DNA from: Phallusia mammillata
Taxonomy: Eukaryota
Length of the DNA stretch: 64,000 bases
Reading direction: 5' to 3'
Assembly (NCBI GenBank): GCA_965637545.1
Contig: OZ281497.1
Coordinates: 23,188,001 to 23,252,000 of the forward strand
Shown here: one piece after another, positions 1-12,851 of the stretch
Layout: each line of letters starts with the position of its first letter
Numbering within the stretch: the first letter of the stretch is position 1
Program-made: the position numbers and the translations under genes
Notes under the pieces: generated by a model
What the model saw: only the letters and a program-made list of their open reading frames with translations
The model's database searches: none
What the model was told of the DNA's origin: nothing

Positions 1-511
1 TTAGCGTGTGCATCCTGAGAGGTTACTACAGGTCAATGGTACTCGTTTTGCGAAACAAAGTTAAATGAAAAACAATTTGTTATGTATACACTTGTAGCAA
101 ATTGCTTTTAAAATTTAAAGTGTCTGTAACACAACTGTTACAGCTTTCTAAAAAAAATTGTGTTCAAAATCCGACCTTGGGCGACAATATCTGGGTCAAA
201 GCAAGAGATTAGATTAAAGTATTTGTTACGTTTTTTTAATGTTTTTGTAATTACATTACAATAATAGTGCAAAAAAATAAGAACAATTTGTTTTTTGTTG
301 GGTTAATGCTTTCTAAAAATTTGTTCTTAAAAATCTAAAAATCACCGCAACATTTGTTTACTGTAAATCTGCACAAACGCGCGTGTGGGGACCCATTTGT
401 TTTTGTTTACAAAAACAATCATATGTGTAGATCAAATGATGTGTATAGTAAATTGGTAAATATTGTATAGAATATATAAAATGGAAGTATATCAGAAAGC
501 CACTCTTCTAG

Positions 512-709
512 TTTTATGTTATATCAGTTAGATTGTTTGGACTGTAATGTATTTGTGATGTTCTTGAATGTATTTGGTTTAGGTGGTCAAAAATCCGTTT
601 TAAATCACTGGATAAATACGCGATTAATGTATCGATTCAGGAATCCGGCCCGCCAAGTACTTCATTTTCCCATATCAGGCCTGCCGACTGGAGAAGTTGC
701 CTGCCCCTG
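512..709 (+). mobile_element. Truncated copy (right end) of the hAT-type MITE at 35490-36036
   Basis: Near-identical to about 35848-36036 and ends in the TIR GAAGTTGCCTGCCCCTG; this explains the look-alike ORFs 516-710 and 35828-36130. Confidence 0.85.
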
Positions 710-782
710 ATCTATGCAAACAGATTTTAGAACTGTTTTCAGGACTTTTAGCCATTTTTTGAAAAGGATTTTTTGTCTACAG

Positions 783-3700
783 AATGGCCAAGTAACAAAA
801 CTTCATAAGTTTGAAGCTGACATCTGCAAAACTGCTCCAAGTCTAAAGTTGCAAGAAAGGGATGTCATCTTATTAAAATTGTAAGTTTTTGTTTCCAATC
901 TATAAAAAATATGGCCCATTTTTGTGTGCTGTTTTGTTAAAGATATGTTGTTGAAGTCATCTATCCTCTTTACTTATAAAGAGTTTGTAATATTTTTTGT
1001 TGCACAGGTATGATAAATTGTACGCAGGAATATTGAAACATCCCCAGCCAAACTCAACTGAAAAGTGTCTGCTTTCTCTTTATCTTCTTCTTAAGTAAGT
1101 AAATATGTGTAGCTTTTCTATGTGGCACTGTGAATATTGATTAAACATCCCTTTAATGGGGCACATTTCTTTGCTTGCTTTATATATTTTGTAGTCTAAC
1201 TTTAAAATTGTGTAATGTTGTGGTTGCAAAGAGTGATCCATACTAATTCAAAGTTATAGATTAATACCTGAAGTTATGCACTGTCAATTTTTATCTGGTT
1301 CACCCATTGGTTGAGCAAACAACCCACAAATGTAAAAAAAAATCTGCTAGTGCATGACTTGAGTTTTATGCCTAGTTGTAGTTGTACATTGAGTTGTACA
1401 TTACATAGTACTAAAAATCGTTGTGTTACTTTGAGTTGACTTTTCTTCTAAATTTTGTGTGTGAACAACACTTCTTTTTAGAACACTTCTACCAACTACA
1501 TAACTTTTTGCAAAAACGTTTATTGCTTTTTTATTTATTATACTGTTTATGAAAATCAATACTCACAAATATATATTAACTTGGAAATGTCAGCCATTTG
1601 TCAGATTTCGTCCTTTTTCCTTTTTAGATATATATCATTAAGGATAGAAAAAAGTGCAGAAGAAACTAACCAACTAAATTTATTTAATTGAGTCTATCTT
1701 TTATTTACAGAGACGCTGTGGTTCGGAAGGTTTATGTGCTTCGACTAGGAATGGTCGGAAGATTTGCCTTCTCTGTTGTTGACAACCTGGTTGTTGCCCA
1801 TCACCAAATGTCCAAAGTAAGTGTGGGATTTCTATGGCTTTAATTACCAAGCCTAGATATTGTGCTTCATGTCCTCAGTTGAACAATTATTTAAGATATA
1901 AGCTGCAGACACTACACAACTGTTCTGACCTGTGAGGTTTTGTCAGTGCAGCTGATGACAATACAATTTTGACCTTATGGGCTAGTGTTAGCCTCATTAT
2001 GGCACTAGTTTTTTTGATACTGCTTACCTTCTTAAACTTGCATTCTTAAATTCAATGCCTCTTTTATTTTCTTTAGACCTCTATGTTTTTTGACATCAAA
2101 CTTCCAGGGGTTTCAAAGCAGAATGTTGTTTACCTTGACCCTCTGCTGAACCCGTTGCCAATTAAACCCTTTCTACTAAAAAGCCCTGGTAAGTTTCGTT
2201 TAGTATTTTGTTTAAGCATAGTCATTAAGTTTCTTGCTCAAGGAAACCTAAGTGAATGAGGATTAGAACCCATATTGTTATGAACACAAGGCATGTTTAG
2301 CACTCGGCAAGTGCAGGATATTGTTGTACAACAACGCCGTTTCATCTTGTATTTATTTCAATGGTTAACATTCTTAAAATTTTTAGTGTGTGTTAACTTT
2401 GGTTTAAACACTTTTCATGATCAGTCAATTCGAATTTTTTTAACAAAGCCTGATTTATTTCAGCTTCTGATCTGACATCAAAAACAGCGATGACCAACAC
2501 AGTGTGTGATCTTTGTATCCTTGTTGTTTCAAATTTCTTATTTAATCTTCTTAGTGCCGTTTTTGTGTTTACTTTATTTAAAGAAACTCTTGAGTAGGAA
2601 AACGTAGTTGGGCTTCTCGTTTCATGACTTTGTATTCTATCATATTGTTTTTCTTGACTCTTCCTCTTCTGGAATGAGACTGTGCAACATGGATTGTATT
2701 TCAACCGAACGTGATCATTGATGCAGTGTTGGGATGTATGTGGTACCTGAAACTGGTGTTGAATGAAATGGGAGATATGTTTCAAGACCAGGTGTTTAAA
2801 AATGGATGAGAAAGTTGTGAAATTATTTGCAAAAAATGTTCTGTGGTAATTTTATTGGTAAGGAGTGAAAATGGATTGTTTATTTGGCGATTTTATTTTT
2901 CAGACGGTCCTGGTAGACTTTTTGCTTTTGCGAAAAGCGAGCAAGTCTGCGGTGCTGGACGTTTGCAAGCAAGGTAAAGTATGTTTTTCTCATATAAGCT
3001 ATTACATGTAGAGAATTATAAACCGTTCTTTTTGTCTGTTTATTTGTACTTTATTCCAAAACTATGCGAAAATTTCTCTTTTTTTCCCTAGTCACTCTTT
3101 TTTTCGTTAAAAAAGTGCCAAGTATTACTAATTAACTTGTGCCCCAGTGTCCCCCGGAAACGAAACGCGATTTTGATCTTACGTGTAACTTCTGTTGCCT
3201 CTAACATTACCCGTACAGTATTTTTGCTCTCCACTCTTCCGTTGTTTATCTCCTTGATAACTTTTGTGCATTAGTGATGCCTGACATAAGGTTAGCGCAA
3301 ACGATGTTGTTCACAAGTTTGTGGGTTCAAATCCCGCCGCAGACTCCTATAGAAAACAAACATTATATCGAAATTGCTTCAAGTTGCTAGTTGGGTTGAA
3401 CTGTTTTGTTGCCCAAGCTCAAACTTGCAAAAACACACAACCCAACTGACTTTCGAAAGGCAGCTAAACGACGCATACTTCAATTGGACATGGTTTCGAA
3501 CAAGTGTAAACTGGCTGGCACAAAAGTCTTTACACAACTATTCCCAGTGTAAAACGCTTTAATATTGCGTTTTTACCCTTCAGCAATTTCACCACTGCAC
3601 AAGATCCCGATTACACAAATCGCCAGCATATTTTCGAAAATCAACCAACGATATAAGGACTACATCGACGCTGAGCTAGCCTACATCGAGGTAGATACTT

Positions 3701-6700
3701 AACTATTCTTTCGTAACTAAATTGGAATCTTGGTGTCACTTGTATACGTACCATTATTTATCGGTGTATTGGTTGAGTTCTCTCGAATTTGGAAACTTTG
3801 CTTACTCTACTATTTAGTGTTTATTTAGCTGTCACCAGGTTGAATTAGTTTATAGGCTGGTACCTGAATGCACTGTATCGATTCAAAGGTTATTTGAAAT
3901 TAATTGTATTGTTTTTTGTACCTAATTTCTTTAGCTAGGTTAAACCATCTCAGGTCCACTGAATTGTTACTGTGCAATTTAAGAGATTAAAATGACCAAC
4001 CCATGCATTTTTGGTTCTATGTAAAGAAGGCATTTCAGATAAAAACCCCTTTGAATTTATGTGTATTGGTTTTAGAAATGTGAAACACAGACTGAAACAT
4101 CATCAATACCTTCTCGGCACAGAGATTGGGTGGTTGTGGATCAAAACGACCTCTACGCTCAAGTTTTCTTTCCATTCAGCGAGTCTGAGGAAATCAAAAG
4201 CAGTTTTAAAGTTTCGGTGCTGATCGAATACATCAAATCCCTACATAGCTTTAAAGTTGACATACAGGTTAGTACGGAAAAAGTTTGTTAACAGAGTCGA
4301 AAACTAAACAAACTACAATCCAAAACGCAGTCTGAAATCAATAGTACAATCCCCCAAACTGCTGGCCTGCACTTAAAAATACAAAATTCGAAAGTTCAGG
4401 CCTCAAAACCAGCGCGAACTCGAAATTACAAACCTCAAAACCAACCCAAACTCGAAATTGCAAACCTCAAAACCAGCCCGAACCCGAAAGTACAAACCTC
4501 AAAACCAGCGCGAACGCGAAAGTACAAGCATCAAAACCAGCGCGAACTCGAAAGTACAAGCCTCAAAACCAGCGCGAACCCAAAAGTACAAGCCTCAAAA
4601 CCAGCCCGAACCCGAAGGTATAAGCCTCAAAACCAGCGCGAACTCGGAAAGTACAAACCTCAAAACCAGCCCGACCTCGAAAGTACAAGCCTCAAAACCA
4701 GCGCGAACCCAAAAGTACAAACCTCAAAACCAGCCCGAACCCGAAGGTATAAGCCTCAAAACCAGCGCGAACTCGAAAGTACAAACCTCAAAACCAGCCC
4801 GAACCCGAAGGTATAAGCCTCAAAACCAGCGCGAACTCGAAAGTACAAACCTCAAAACCAGCCCGACCTCGAAAGTACAAGCCTCAAAACCAGCGCGAAC
4901 TCGAAAGTACAAACTTCAAAACCAGCCCGAACCCGAAGGTATAAGCCTCAAAACCAGCGCGAACCCAAAAGTACAAGCCCCAAAACCAGCCCGAATTCAA
5001 AAGTAAAAACCTCAAAACCAGCCCGAACTCGAAATGACAAACCTCAAAACCGGTCCACGGTTAAAACGGGTTTTACCTCTGCGGGCATGAAATCCGTTTT
5101 AAAATGTGAAAAAATGCAACAAGTTATTATGGGTTTGTCTTGCAGAGTTTCGTCTACGAGCTGCTCGTCACGTGTTTGGTAAAAGGCGGTTCATACTTTG
5201 AACTCCAACAACTGATGCTGCATCGGGTCATCGAAGACTCCAAGGAGGTTGCAGCACTCCTGAGGTCACTGGAGGATGAACATCCAAAGATCGATGGACT
5301 TGCTCTCGATATGTACAAGGTAGATTCAGTGATGAAACTAGAGTAATTGTCTTACCGGTACCATTATTGGTATTTGTCATTACCTTCCCGAGATTTTACT
5401 TGTAGTTATACACAGCCATAACAAAAATTAAAGGCTCCTTCACATCAAAACGTTGATGAACTAACAAATAACAAAGGAACATACGTCCTATTTTGGTGTT
5501 AACAAACCCGTTTTAATTCCTAATGCTGTGTCGTAGTACGGTAACTGCGTAGTTTTAAATTTAGTTTAGAAAAAGTTTTAATTTTTTATCTTATACTCGG
5601 CTTAGCTGCACCGAGCATCAATAATTGCGATGCTCGGTACCGAGTACTCTGCTGGTTCTGGCTCGGTTCGGCCCATCCAGAACCGATGTATTAATTTCCC
5701 CTCGGTGTACATGAAACCCGGTCATAAAGTACGAAGCTAAACGAATAGTTTGTTTCTCAACTTGTATTTATTGTGTATTGTTATCTTGTCGTATTTGCAT
5801 TTCTTGTTGTACGCATGGGCATGTAATTTGTATATTTACGTATGTTTTAAGTCTTGAAGCTTGAAGTCCGAATAGTGTTGTAAGTCGCCACACTTTCTTT
5901 ATTACCACAAGTTTAGAGAATCACATTGCAGTTATAGCTTCATATGTTGTTTTTCGCTACTATTTTAAACCTTGTGTTAACTTTTTAAGTAACTTTATCC
6001 TGTTTTACTCTTTCAGCGAATGGCAACCTGCGACCATCAAGTGATTGACATTTTGCTTTCGAAAAAACAGGTTAGTTGTTGATCAAAACAGATTACTAGA
6101 ATTCCAACAACAAACTTATTTCCGCCCGGAACGAAAACTTTAGAGTCCCTGAAATTTGAGCCTCTTTATTCAGCACTTTCTTTCATTACTTTGTTTCTTT
6201 ACAATTAGGGCTTGGGTTTGATACAAAAGATGTTTGATAACATTTCTCCCTTTTCAGTTTCTTTGTTATTTGTTACATTATCGCGTAACTAAGAAAGTTT
6301 TTATTACTGGATTTTTGACGGCGGACATTCTTTGGTTATGGAAACATGTGTCACGGGGCAAAAATGTGGCGTAAAAAACAAGTGTTTTACATTTGGTATC
6401 AGTGAAGTATCGGTAGCTGATGCGAGTGTTGAAGTTTCGTAAATCAAGCACTCCTGTATTCATCAAGAAATCGAAACGTGTCATGCCTGAGCCCAGTATT
6501 ATGATACGTTAACTTTCTCTTCCGTTTTCGCCTAAACGTTTGACCAAACACTATCTCCAAACACTTTGTTTTTGTCTAACACGGATCTGTTTACACGTGT
6601 GGTCAGGAACGAGTGCTTCATACTTGTTTGATTTTCTCCCCCGATGGAAAGGTACCTGCTGTTGCGGCAAAGTATGTCCACAGATCACCAAAACGTAAAC

Positions 6701-7787
6701 AATCGTGTGTTTGAACGTAGAGGCTCGTAGTATTTTACACATTTCAAACTTCCATCACGATATCTTAACACCCTCAATGATGTAAACCCTGGTAAATTTA
6801 TTCTGGGAATCTTTCCCTATTCTATTGCCATTGCCGCAACGATTTGAACCTTTAATTTTATAAATCACAAGTTCGGGAAATGTTTATTTCTAGGCTACAA
6901 CCCTCAATGATGCTTTATGTAAGGATTATAAGTGAGGCATCGCAAACCCGTAGTAGGATGTTTTAAAATCAGGAGTTTGGATTTATGCAAGTTGGAAACT
7001 AGTAATATACCGAAAATTTGAATATTCGGTACATCTCTATTGGAATCAACTTCTAAGTTACAAAGATTTTCTGAACTAGAGATTTACTACTATAATGCAA
7101 ATCCGATTTAATACTCAACCACTTGATTAGGTCATAGCCGCGATTCGTTTTGTTCGTTCTGTTGGAATGTCCGACCTCGTGCCGGCACGTGACTTCTTGA
7201 AAGCGTCCATGCATGACGACATGATGTTTTACAATGTCTACAAATTCTTTGAAGCACGAAATATTCGTTTGAACGGAAAACCAGAGTTCACTGCAGGTAG
7301 GGAAAGTCCCGTGTGTGTGATTTGTATTTCTTTTTGTATTTGTAATAATCTCTTGAACAACTAAGTTTGGTAAATTTATTACATAGAGTTTGTAAAACAA
7401 GTCATTGCCCTAACGAACGTCATTACGCCTGGCAAGTTCAATGCACGAAAAATATCGGAAATGTTTCTTCCTTTCAGCAAAGTGGAATAGTTAAAACACC
7501 TTGGCTCTGATTTTATTCATTGGTTTTGAATACAAACATAATTAATACAGTACTATGGTGGAAGAAACGATCGTAAAAACTTTTTTATTTGCCTTATAGC
7601 CTATTATGTAGGGCTTATAGGCTATTGTTTTTACGATAGCCTACTTGTAAATTACTGATTTTGATCAAATCCAATTCGTCCCAAAGTGCAAACTACGGAT
7701 TTTACAATCTTTTGTATTTTAGCGGAAGTTTGTGATGAGTATATGTTGCATTACGTCACCCGATTTGTTTCTGACGTCATCCAGTAG
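783..7787 (+). CDS. RMC1: Regulator of MON1-CCZ1 complex (RMC1/C18orf8/Mic1), 3' portion; 5' exons not identified in the window
   Basis: Exons 783-880, 1008-1094, 1711-1816, 2077-2188, 2464-2514, 2679-2791, 2904-2973, 3584-3690, 4076-4267, 5146-5319, 6017-6070, 7131-7296, 7723-7787 (TAG), all GT-AG and phase-compatible. Peptides GRFAFSVVDNLVVAHHQ, WIVFQPNVIID, VLIEYIKSL, ALDMYKR and FYNVYKFFEARNIRLNGKPEF match RMC1 motifs as I recall them. Confidence 0.9.
4388..5051. repeat. 32-bp minisatellite, about 20 copies, in an RMC1 intron
   Basis: Unit approximately GCCTCAAAACCAGCGCGAACTCGAAAGTACAA; the 32-aa periodicity of ORF 4458-5006 equals three units. Confidence 0.92.
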
Positions 7788-10706
7788 CAGTTTTGCCTGC
7801 AGTCTGTTTTGAAAATCATTAAACCGTCCAACTGAAGGCGGTTGGACTAAGGAGTGCTGGGCGAAACCTAGAGGTTGAAAGGGATGAACCTCATCAAGCA
7901 AAATGTTTTTCAGTTGACTTGAATTCCAGCAAGGCCATGTAGAAATGTAGTCAATTTACAACCTTAATTTAACATTTTTCAAATTATTTTATGTTTTTGT
8001 CAGTGCAATAAATCCAAAGTTCCACTCGATTGTTGTTTATGTTTCATGTTGTTCGACGAACATACAAAGAATGGTCGATTGTTTTTACTTTTTAAATCTT
8101 TTAGAATGCTTTGCTAAAACCGTAGGTCAAAATTTTTCACTGAGAAATGGATTCACCCCATGAAAAAAGTCTTTTGGATTGACGCAATGTTGTCAGTTTG
8201 TTCAGGTATTTGAATCTCCTTTGCTACTGCAAGGTTAGTGTGTCCAACATTTTCCACTTATGTGTTTTAACCTGATTGAAAGTCTGTGGTGAAAAACATT
8301 GCTGGCCCAGTTCCAGCTAATGCACTATACTATTTTTGCCACATAAAAACATGTTGTTTTGCATAGACGTCGTTGCAATTTCCGTGCAATGCATTGAAAT
8401 GAACAACCCGACGTCATCGTTCTTGCATACCACGTCATAACAGTCCCAACAATGGCTCCCATACAAGGGTATGATCACGGTGTCGCAATCTCAGCTCGAA
8501 GCAAAACAACAAACACGAATGATGAGTTACTTGCCTTTTGCTGCTTGTAATAACATGGGGCCGCAACTGGGATATGGCATTATCTCTGTCCTAACCAATA
8601 GAGGTTTATGTATATGATCTGCCCCTCTCATTTGAAGACAAAATCTTAATGATGACAGTGTTTAACATTTTTTAGCCAAAATTTAAACGTTTTTTAAGAA
8701 CAACCAACGAGAAACATTATTAAGAAGTCTGAACACTTATTCTCAGCTAAAAAACAGAGAAACAAAACTTTCGTTGAAAAGTCGAAAACGAAACCGTAAA
8801 GGCTGATGCACCAACAGTACCACTTCATATATATACTTCGCATTTCATGTTAGAAGTGATCTACATTGCAAAAAATGTACAAAACTGCTTATGTTTGATG
8901 ATAAAGGATATAAGTTATAGATTTACGTATGATTGCCCATTTATTTCCAAGTGCCCCCTTTTATATTGTAAACAACCCACGGGGGCTTGACGCCCACTTC
9001 GAGACGTGGTAGTTGCATGGCGCTTAGCGCTTTCACAAATGCAATGAATCGTCTTATCCCAGGTGGTTCCCCTACGCGTAAGCATTGGCGATGACTGGCG
9101 CAACAGATTCTGTTAAGCGAAAAACGCCTGCAGGCATATGTAGCTAACAAAACCGTTTCTCGAAATAGCGCAATTTCGCAATTAGTGAGGTCAGTTAATT
9201 GGTCAGTAGATGCGCTGGGGGAAAAGCCGTGTAATGATATGCTGGATTACTTAGTAGGCTACACTCGTTGACAAATACTGAATAACAGTAGGCTTATATT
9301 TAGTTATGTAGGCAAAGTTGTATAATAAGCATTGTAAGAGCCAAGTAATGAATTGTGAGTGAGTAAACGGGGAAAAAAATGATTTTATTCGTGTATTGTA
9401 TTTAATTTTGTTGGCATGTTTGAGCTGTTGGCGTTAGGACCGGATCTGTTTAGGCCCAAACAGCCTCTGTTTAACCCACCACCCCCACTGTCTCATTCCC
9501 CTTTTAAGATGAAACTTCAGCATTTTGAGGAAAGTGTACTGTTTCTTCTTAACAATCGTTTCGTTGGTAATTGCGGTTAAATGCCTGCGCTCGTATTTGT
9601 GAGTAAACAAAACCTAATACTTTACGTCTGGCTAACCACAAGGTACAGAAAACGGTTTGGTGAGTCGGTTCAATCCAATATAACCTGACGTATCAGGTTG
9701 CACGGAACTTTTTCGTAACCAATCCTCCTTTGTAAATGACTGGAAAATAGCTCGAGCAGGTGACCTGTGTTCTTACTTTTCAAGAATTGTTACAGATTCA
9801 GTAGCCCGGAAATTCGGCCGAAGAATTTTAGAGTACATGAATCAATTAGCTCATAGCCTATTGGGGGCCATAGTGTTTACTTTGTAGTTAAAAACAGTCA
9901 ACCGTTGCCTGTTTTAAATTACTGTGCGTTTTTTCTAGTCACAAACAATATGTTGCTGTTGAACAGCATGTGTTTGGCTCATGAAGTACACGCAGTTTTC
10001 CCTTCGTGTTTCCTGCCTCAGTGAATGACGTGTTGTCGCTTGGTAGAGAGAAATATGTTTTGTGTCTGTGAATGCGCTGATGTCATTGAATAGTTTGTTA
10101 TGTAACAGGTCTGCACAAGCACGACGGCGTACATGATTTTTTTGTTTTGTTTGGATACTATGAACAGAAATCACTAACCGAAATACTTTTCAATTTTTGT
10201 TGAGTGTAGTCAACTAGGATTTAATCTGGTTATTTTTAGCCCCTATAGGGCAGGGTTGTACCTCAAAAGGTACGAAGCACCAAAAAGGAGGGTACGAGAT
10301 CCTGTGTGAAACTAATTGTACTTTGGACTTATTTAGGAAAAAGTAGAATTTCGGAATGGTTCGGTATCTTTATCAAATAACATGTATAAAACAACACTCA
10401 CATTGAACATGTTTGCCTGTTATTAATTACACTGGTTAATCTCGCTAAAGCTTGAAGGATACAAGCGCAAAAATGGTCAAGAACTGCTGAGTTGAAGGAT
10501 TATGTTACAGTACACGCTTTTGCCTGTCATCTTATTATGACGCAACTGCTGTTTCGCGAACACGGAAAACCAATTGAACTGCTGGTCTTTCTGATTGTAA
10601 TTGTGTCGGAAAAGCTACATCATTTAACACAAGATTTGCTTTTAGCTTTTGCAAGGCAATAGTTTGTCACAACAATACTTACAACTTTGGGAAATGATAT
10701 GACGTA

Positions 10707-12403
10707 ATGACAACCGACGTTCGAGAGTTTTTGAAAGAAGAGTTTCAACTGCGGCGCTTGGGATTTGTTGACTGTGACGCTACTGTTTTTCGACGGCTAA
10801 AGGTTGGTTCGTAGTATTTACTATTTTTCAAAGTATTTGCATATCTTGCTTAAAACAATTCTTTCCACAATGACATGTAAAAACAAAAGTTTGTCTATAA
10901 ATACGAAATAGTCTGACTAACATCGCATATTATAGTTTGTGATGCGGACCGACATTTTGGTCTGCGTTGTTTTTGTGCTATTATTTAGGCATGCTGCCTT
11001 GGTGCGCTTTTGATGCTTCTTTATTAAAGTTTCTGTGTAATGATTACCGCATTTCTTTACAATATAACCCACTTATGAAACACCACAGGGCAAACACTGT
11101 CAAGCATCGATATTGTGCTAAACAGGCGTACTTAGATTTTTACCAATAATTTGTTGTTTTAAACTACCTCAAACAATAATGTTGTTTTTCTACTTGTAGT
11201 GGACTGATCGTCTTTCTATTGTGCTGTTGTATCGTATTTCGGTCGCAGTTTACAGTGTGGGATGGTTCCTAGCCGACATCATTCTTAATCGTGATCCTTT
11301 CTACTACGCTTTCCTTACCCACTGGGGAGAGTTTATTATGTGCCTTTACTTCAGTAAGTCGCTCTCTCTTATGGATAAAATTGTGAATTAAAACACATTT
11401 GTTTTGCTGATTTAAACATATAGTGTGGTCTGCTATATACGCAAATCAAATTTCTGCGTTGTAAAACAAACTTATTTGTTTTTATTATAGTTATAGCAAT
11501 ATTTAACACTGTGCGTCCATCAACTGCGGGATTTTTCAACCCTTTGCCAATCAGATCACCTCCCAATTCTCCACCACTAGGGGGCGTGAGAAATAGGTCA
11601 GAAAACCAACAAAATCCACCAGAAAGTAAGTTATGTGTTTTTGAGAATTTGGAACCATAGTTCTTGAAACGATTTTGAAAACTACAATATTTTGTTGTAA
11701 AACTAACTTGATAAACAAACAAACCATCAAATCGTGTTAATGATAACATATTTGCAATTATGAAGTGCAAAATGGAACCAGTTTGCTGCTAAACTGACTT
11801 TAAACTTTTCGCATTTTATATGCAGACCCTCCCGTTTCGCACGAGCCACTTGACCTCTATTGGACGCACAAGGTCACGTGGGTGCTGTTTAACCTCTACG
11901 GTGACCTTGCGCCTTTCATCAGCATTTTGTATTGGATCGGAGTAACGCATGGCCTTGTGGGAGCCACACCATCAACGTTAGCCATAAATGTTCACGTTCA
12001 CGCTATTAACAGTGTCTTGTTGCTCGCCGAACTTGCCTTGAACGATTTGCCAATCCGCGTGCTGCATTTTTACTTTTCACTTATTTTCGGGCTAGTGTTT
12101 ATTTTTTTCACGCTAATACTGCACTGGGCTGGTGTCATGTCAGCAGTTTACCCTGTGCTGGACTGGTCAAGTGACCCTGGTTCGGCGGTGGGCTTTGCGG
12201 TTGCGGCTCTCGCCAGTTGCTCACTACTCAGCCACGCTGTTGTTTTTGCCCTTTACGCCGCTAAGACTCTACTTTGCCGACGTTACTACTTGGCGCGCGA
12301 GCCGCCGGTGGTCATAACGCAAATAATAGCACCACCACAAGTTGGCGTCAAACAGCAGGAGAAAGCGGAAAAGACCATTCGCATTGAACTGACGTCTCTA
12401 TAG
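10707..12403 (+). CDS. Protein rolling stone-like (FAR-17a/AIG1-related multi-pass membrane protein)
   Basis: Exons 10707-10802, 11200-11353, 11491-11625, 11826-12403 with compatible phases. N-terminus MTTDVREFLKEEFQLRRLGF, motif YAFLTHWG, HAINSVLLLAEL and YPVLDW resemble the rost family. Confidence 0.82.
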
Positions 12404-12851
12404 AAAGTTTGGCTTCTTTTTTAACCCACTGTGAAACCTTCATTCGTATTTGTCAACATTGGATGCATCAGCACATTTATACTGTCTGGAGTTCTTTTTT
12501 ACTTTTGTATCCGCTTTATAAATGAACACCCTTTTTTGTTGTCGATTGCCAATAGTTTTCTTCCTATTTACAATGTAACACATTTGTCAACAGCACAAAT
12601 CTAAAAAATTAACCAATATTATTTTTCTTTTTTTACCACCATTTCACCAACTTTCGGCCTTCTGTTTTTGATACAAATAGGTTTTGGTCGTTTTTCGGGC
12701 TTTACTTTGGCATGATAAACTTAGCGAGGCTTTATTTGTTATGCTGGTAACACTATTTCATAGAACACAAGGTTCCAATGGTATTAGGAAATAATGCTTC
12801 CAAGTGTAATTTTTAAAGAGGTACAAGTTAGAAGTTGCAGAAACGGTTTGT

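Noticed and set aside
2393-2785. 130-aa minus-strand ORF
   Set aside because: Antisense shadow of RMC1 exons and introns.
3285-3345. tRNA-like B-box (GGTTCAAATCC)
   Set aside because: No cloverleaf or clear A-box; at most a tRNA-derived SINE remnant.
4458-5006. 182-aa repetitive K/P/Q/S-rich ORF
   Set aside because: It has no ATG start, lies in an RMC1 intron and is a by-product of the 32-bp minisatellite.
4388-5051. CRISPR-like periodicity
   Set aside because: Units are contiguous with no unique spacers, no cas genes are present and the context is eukaryotic.
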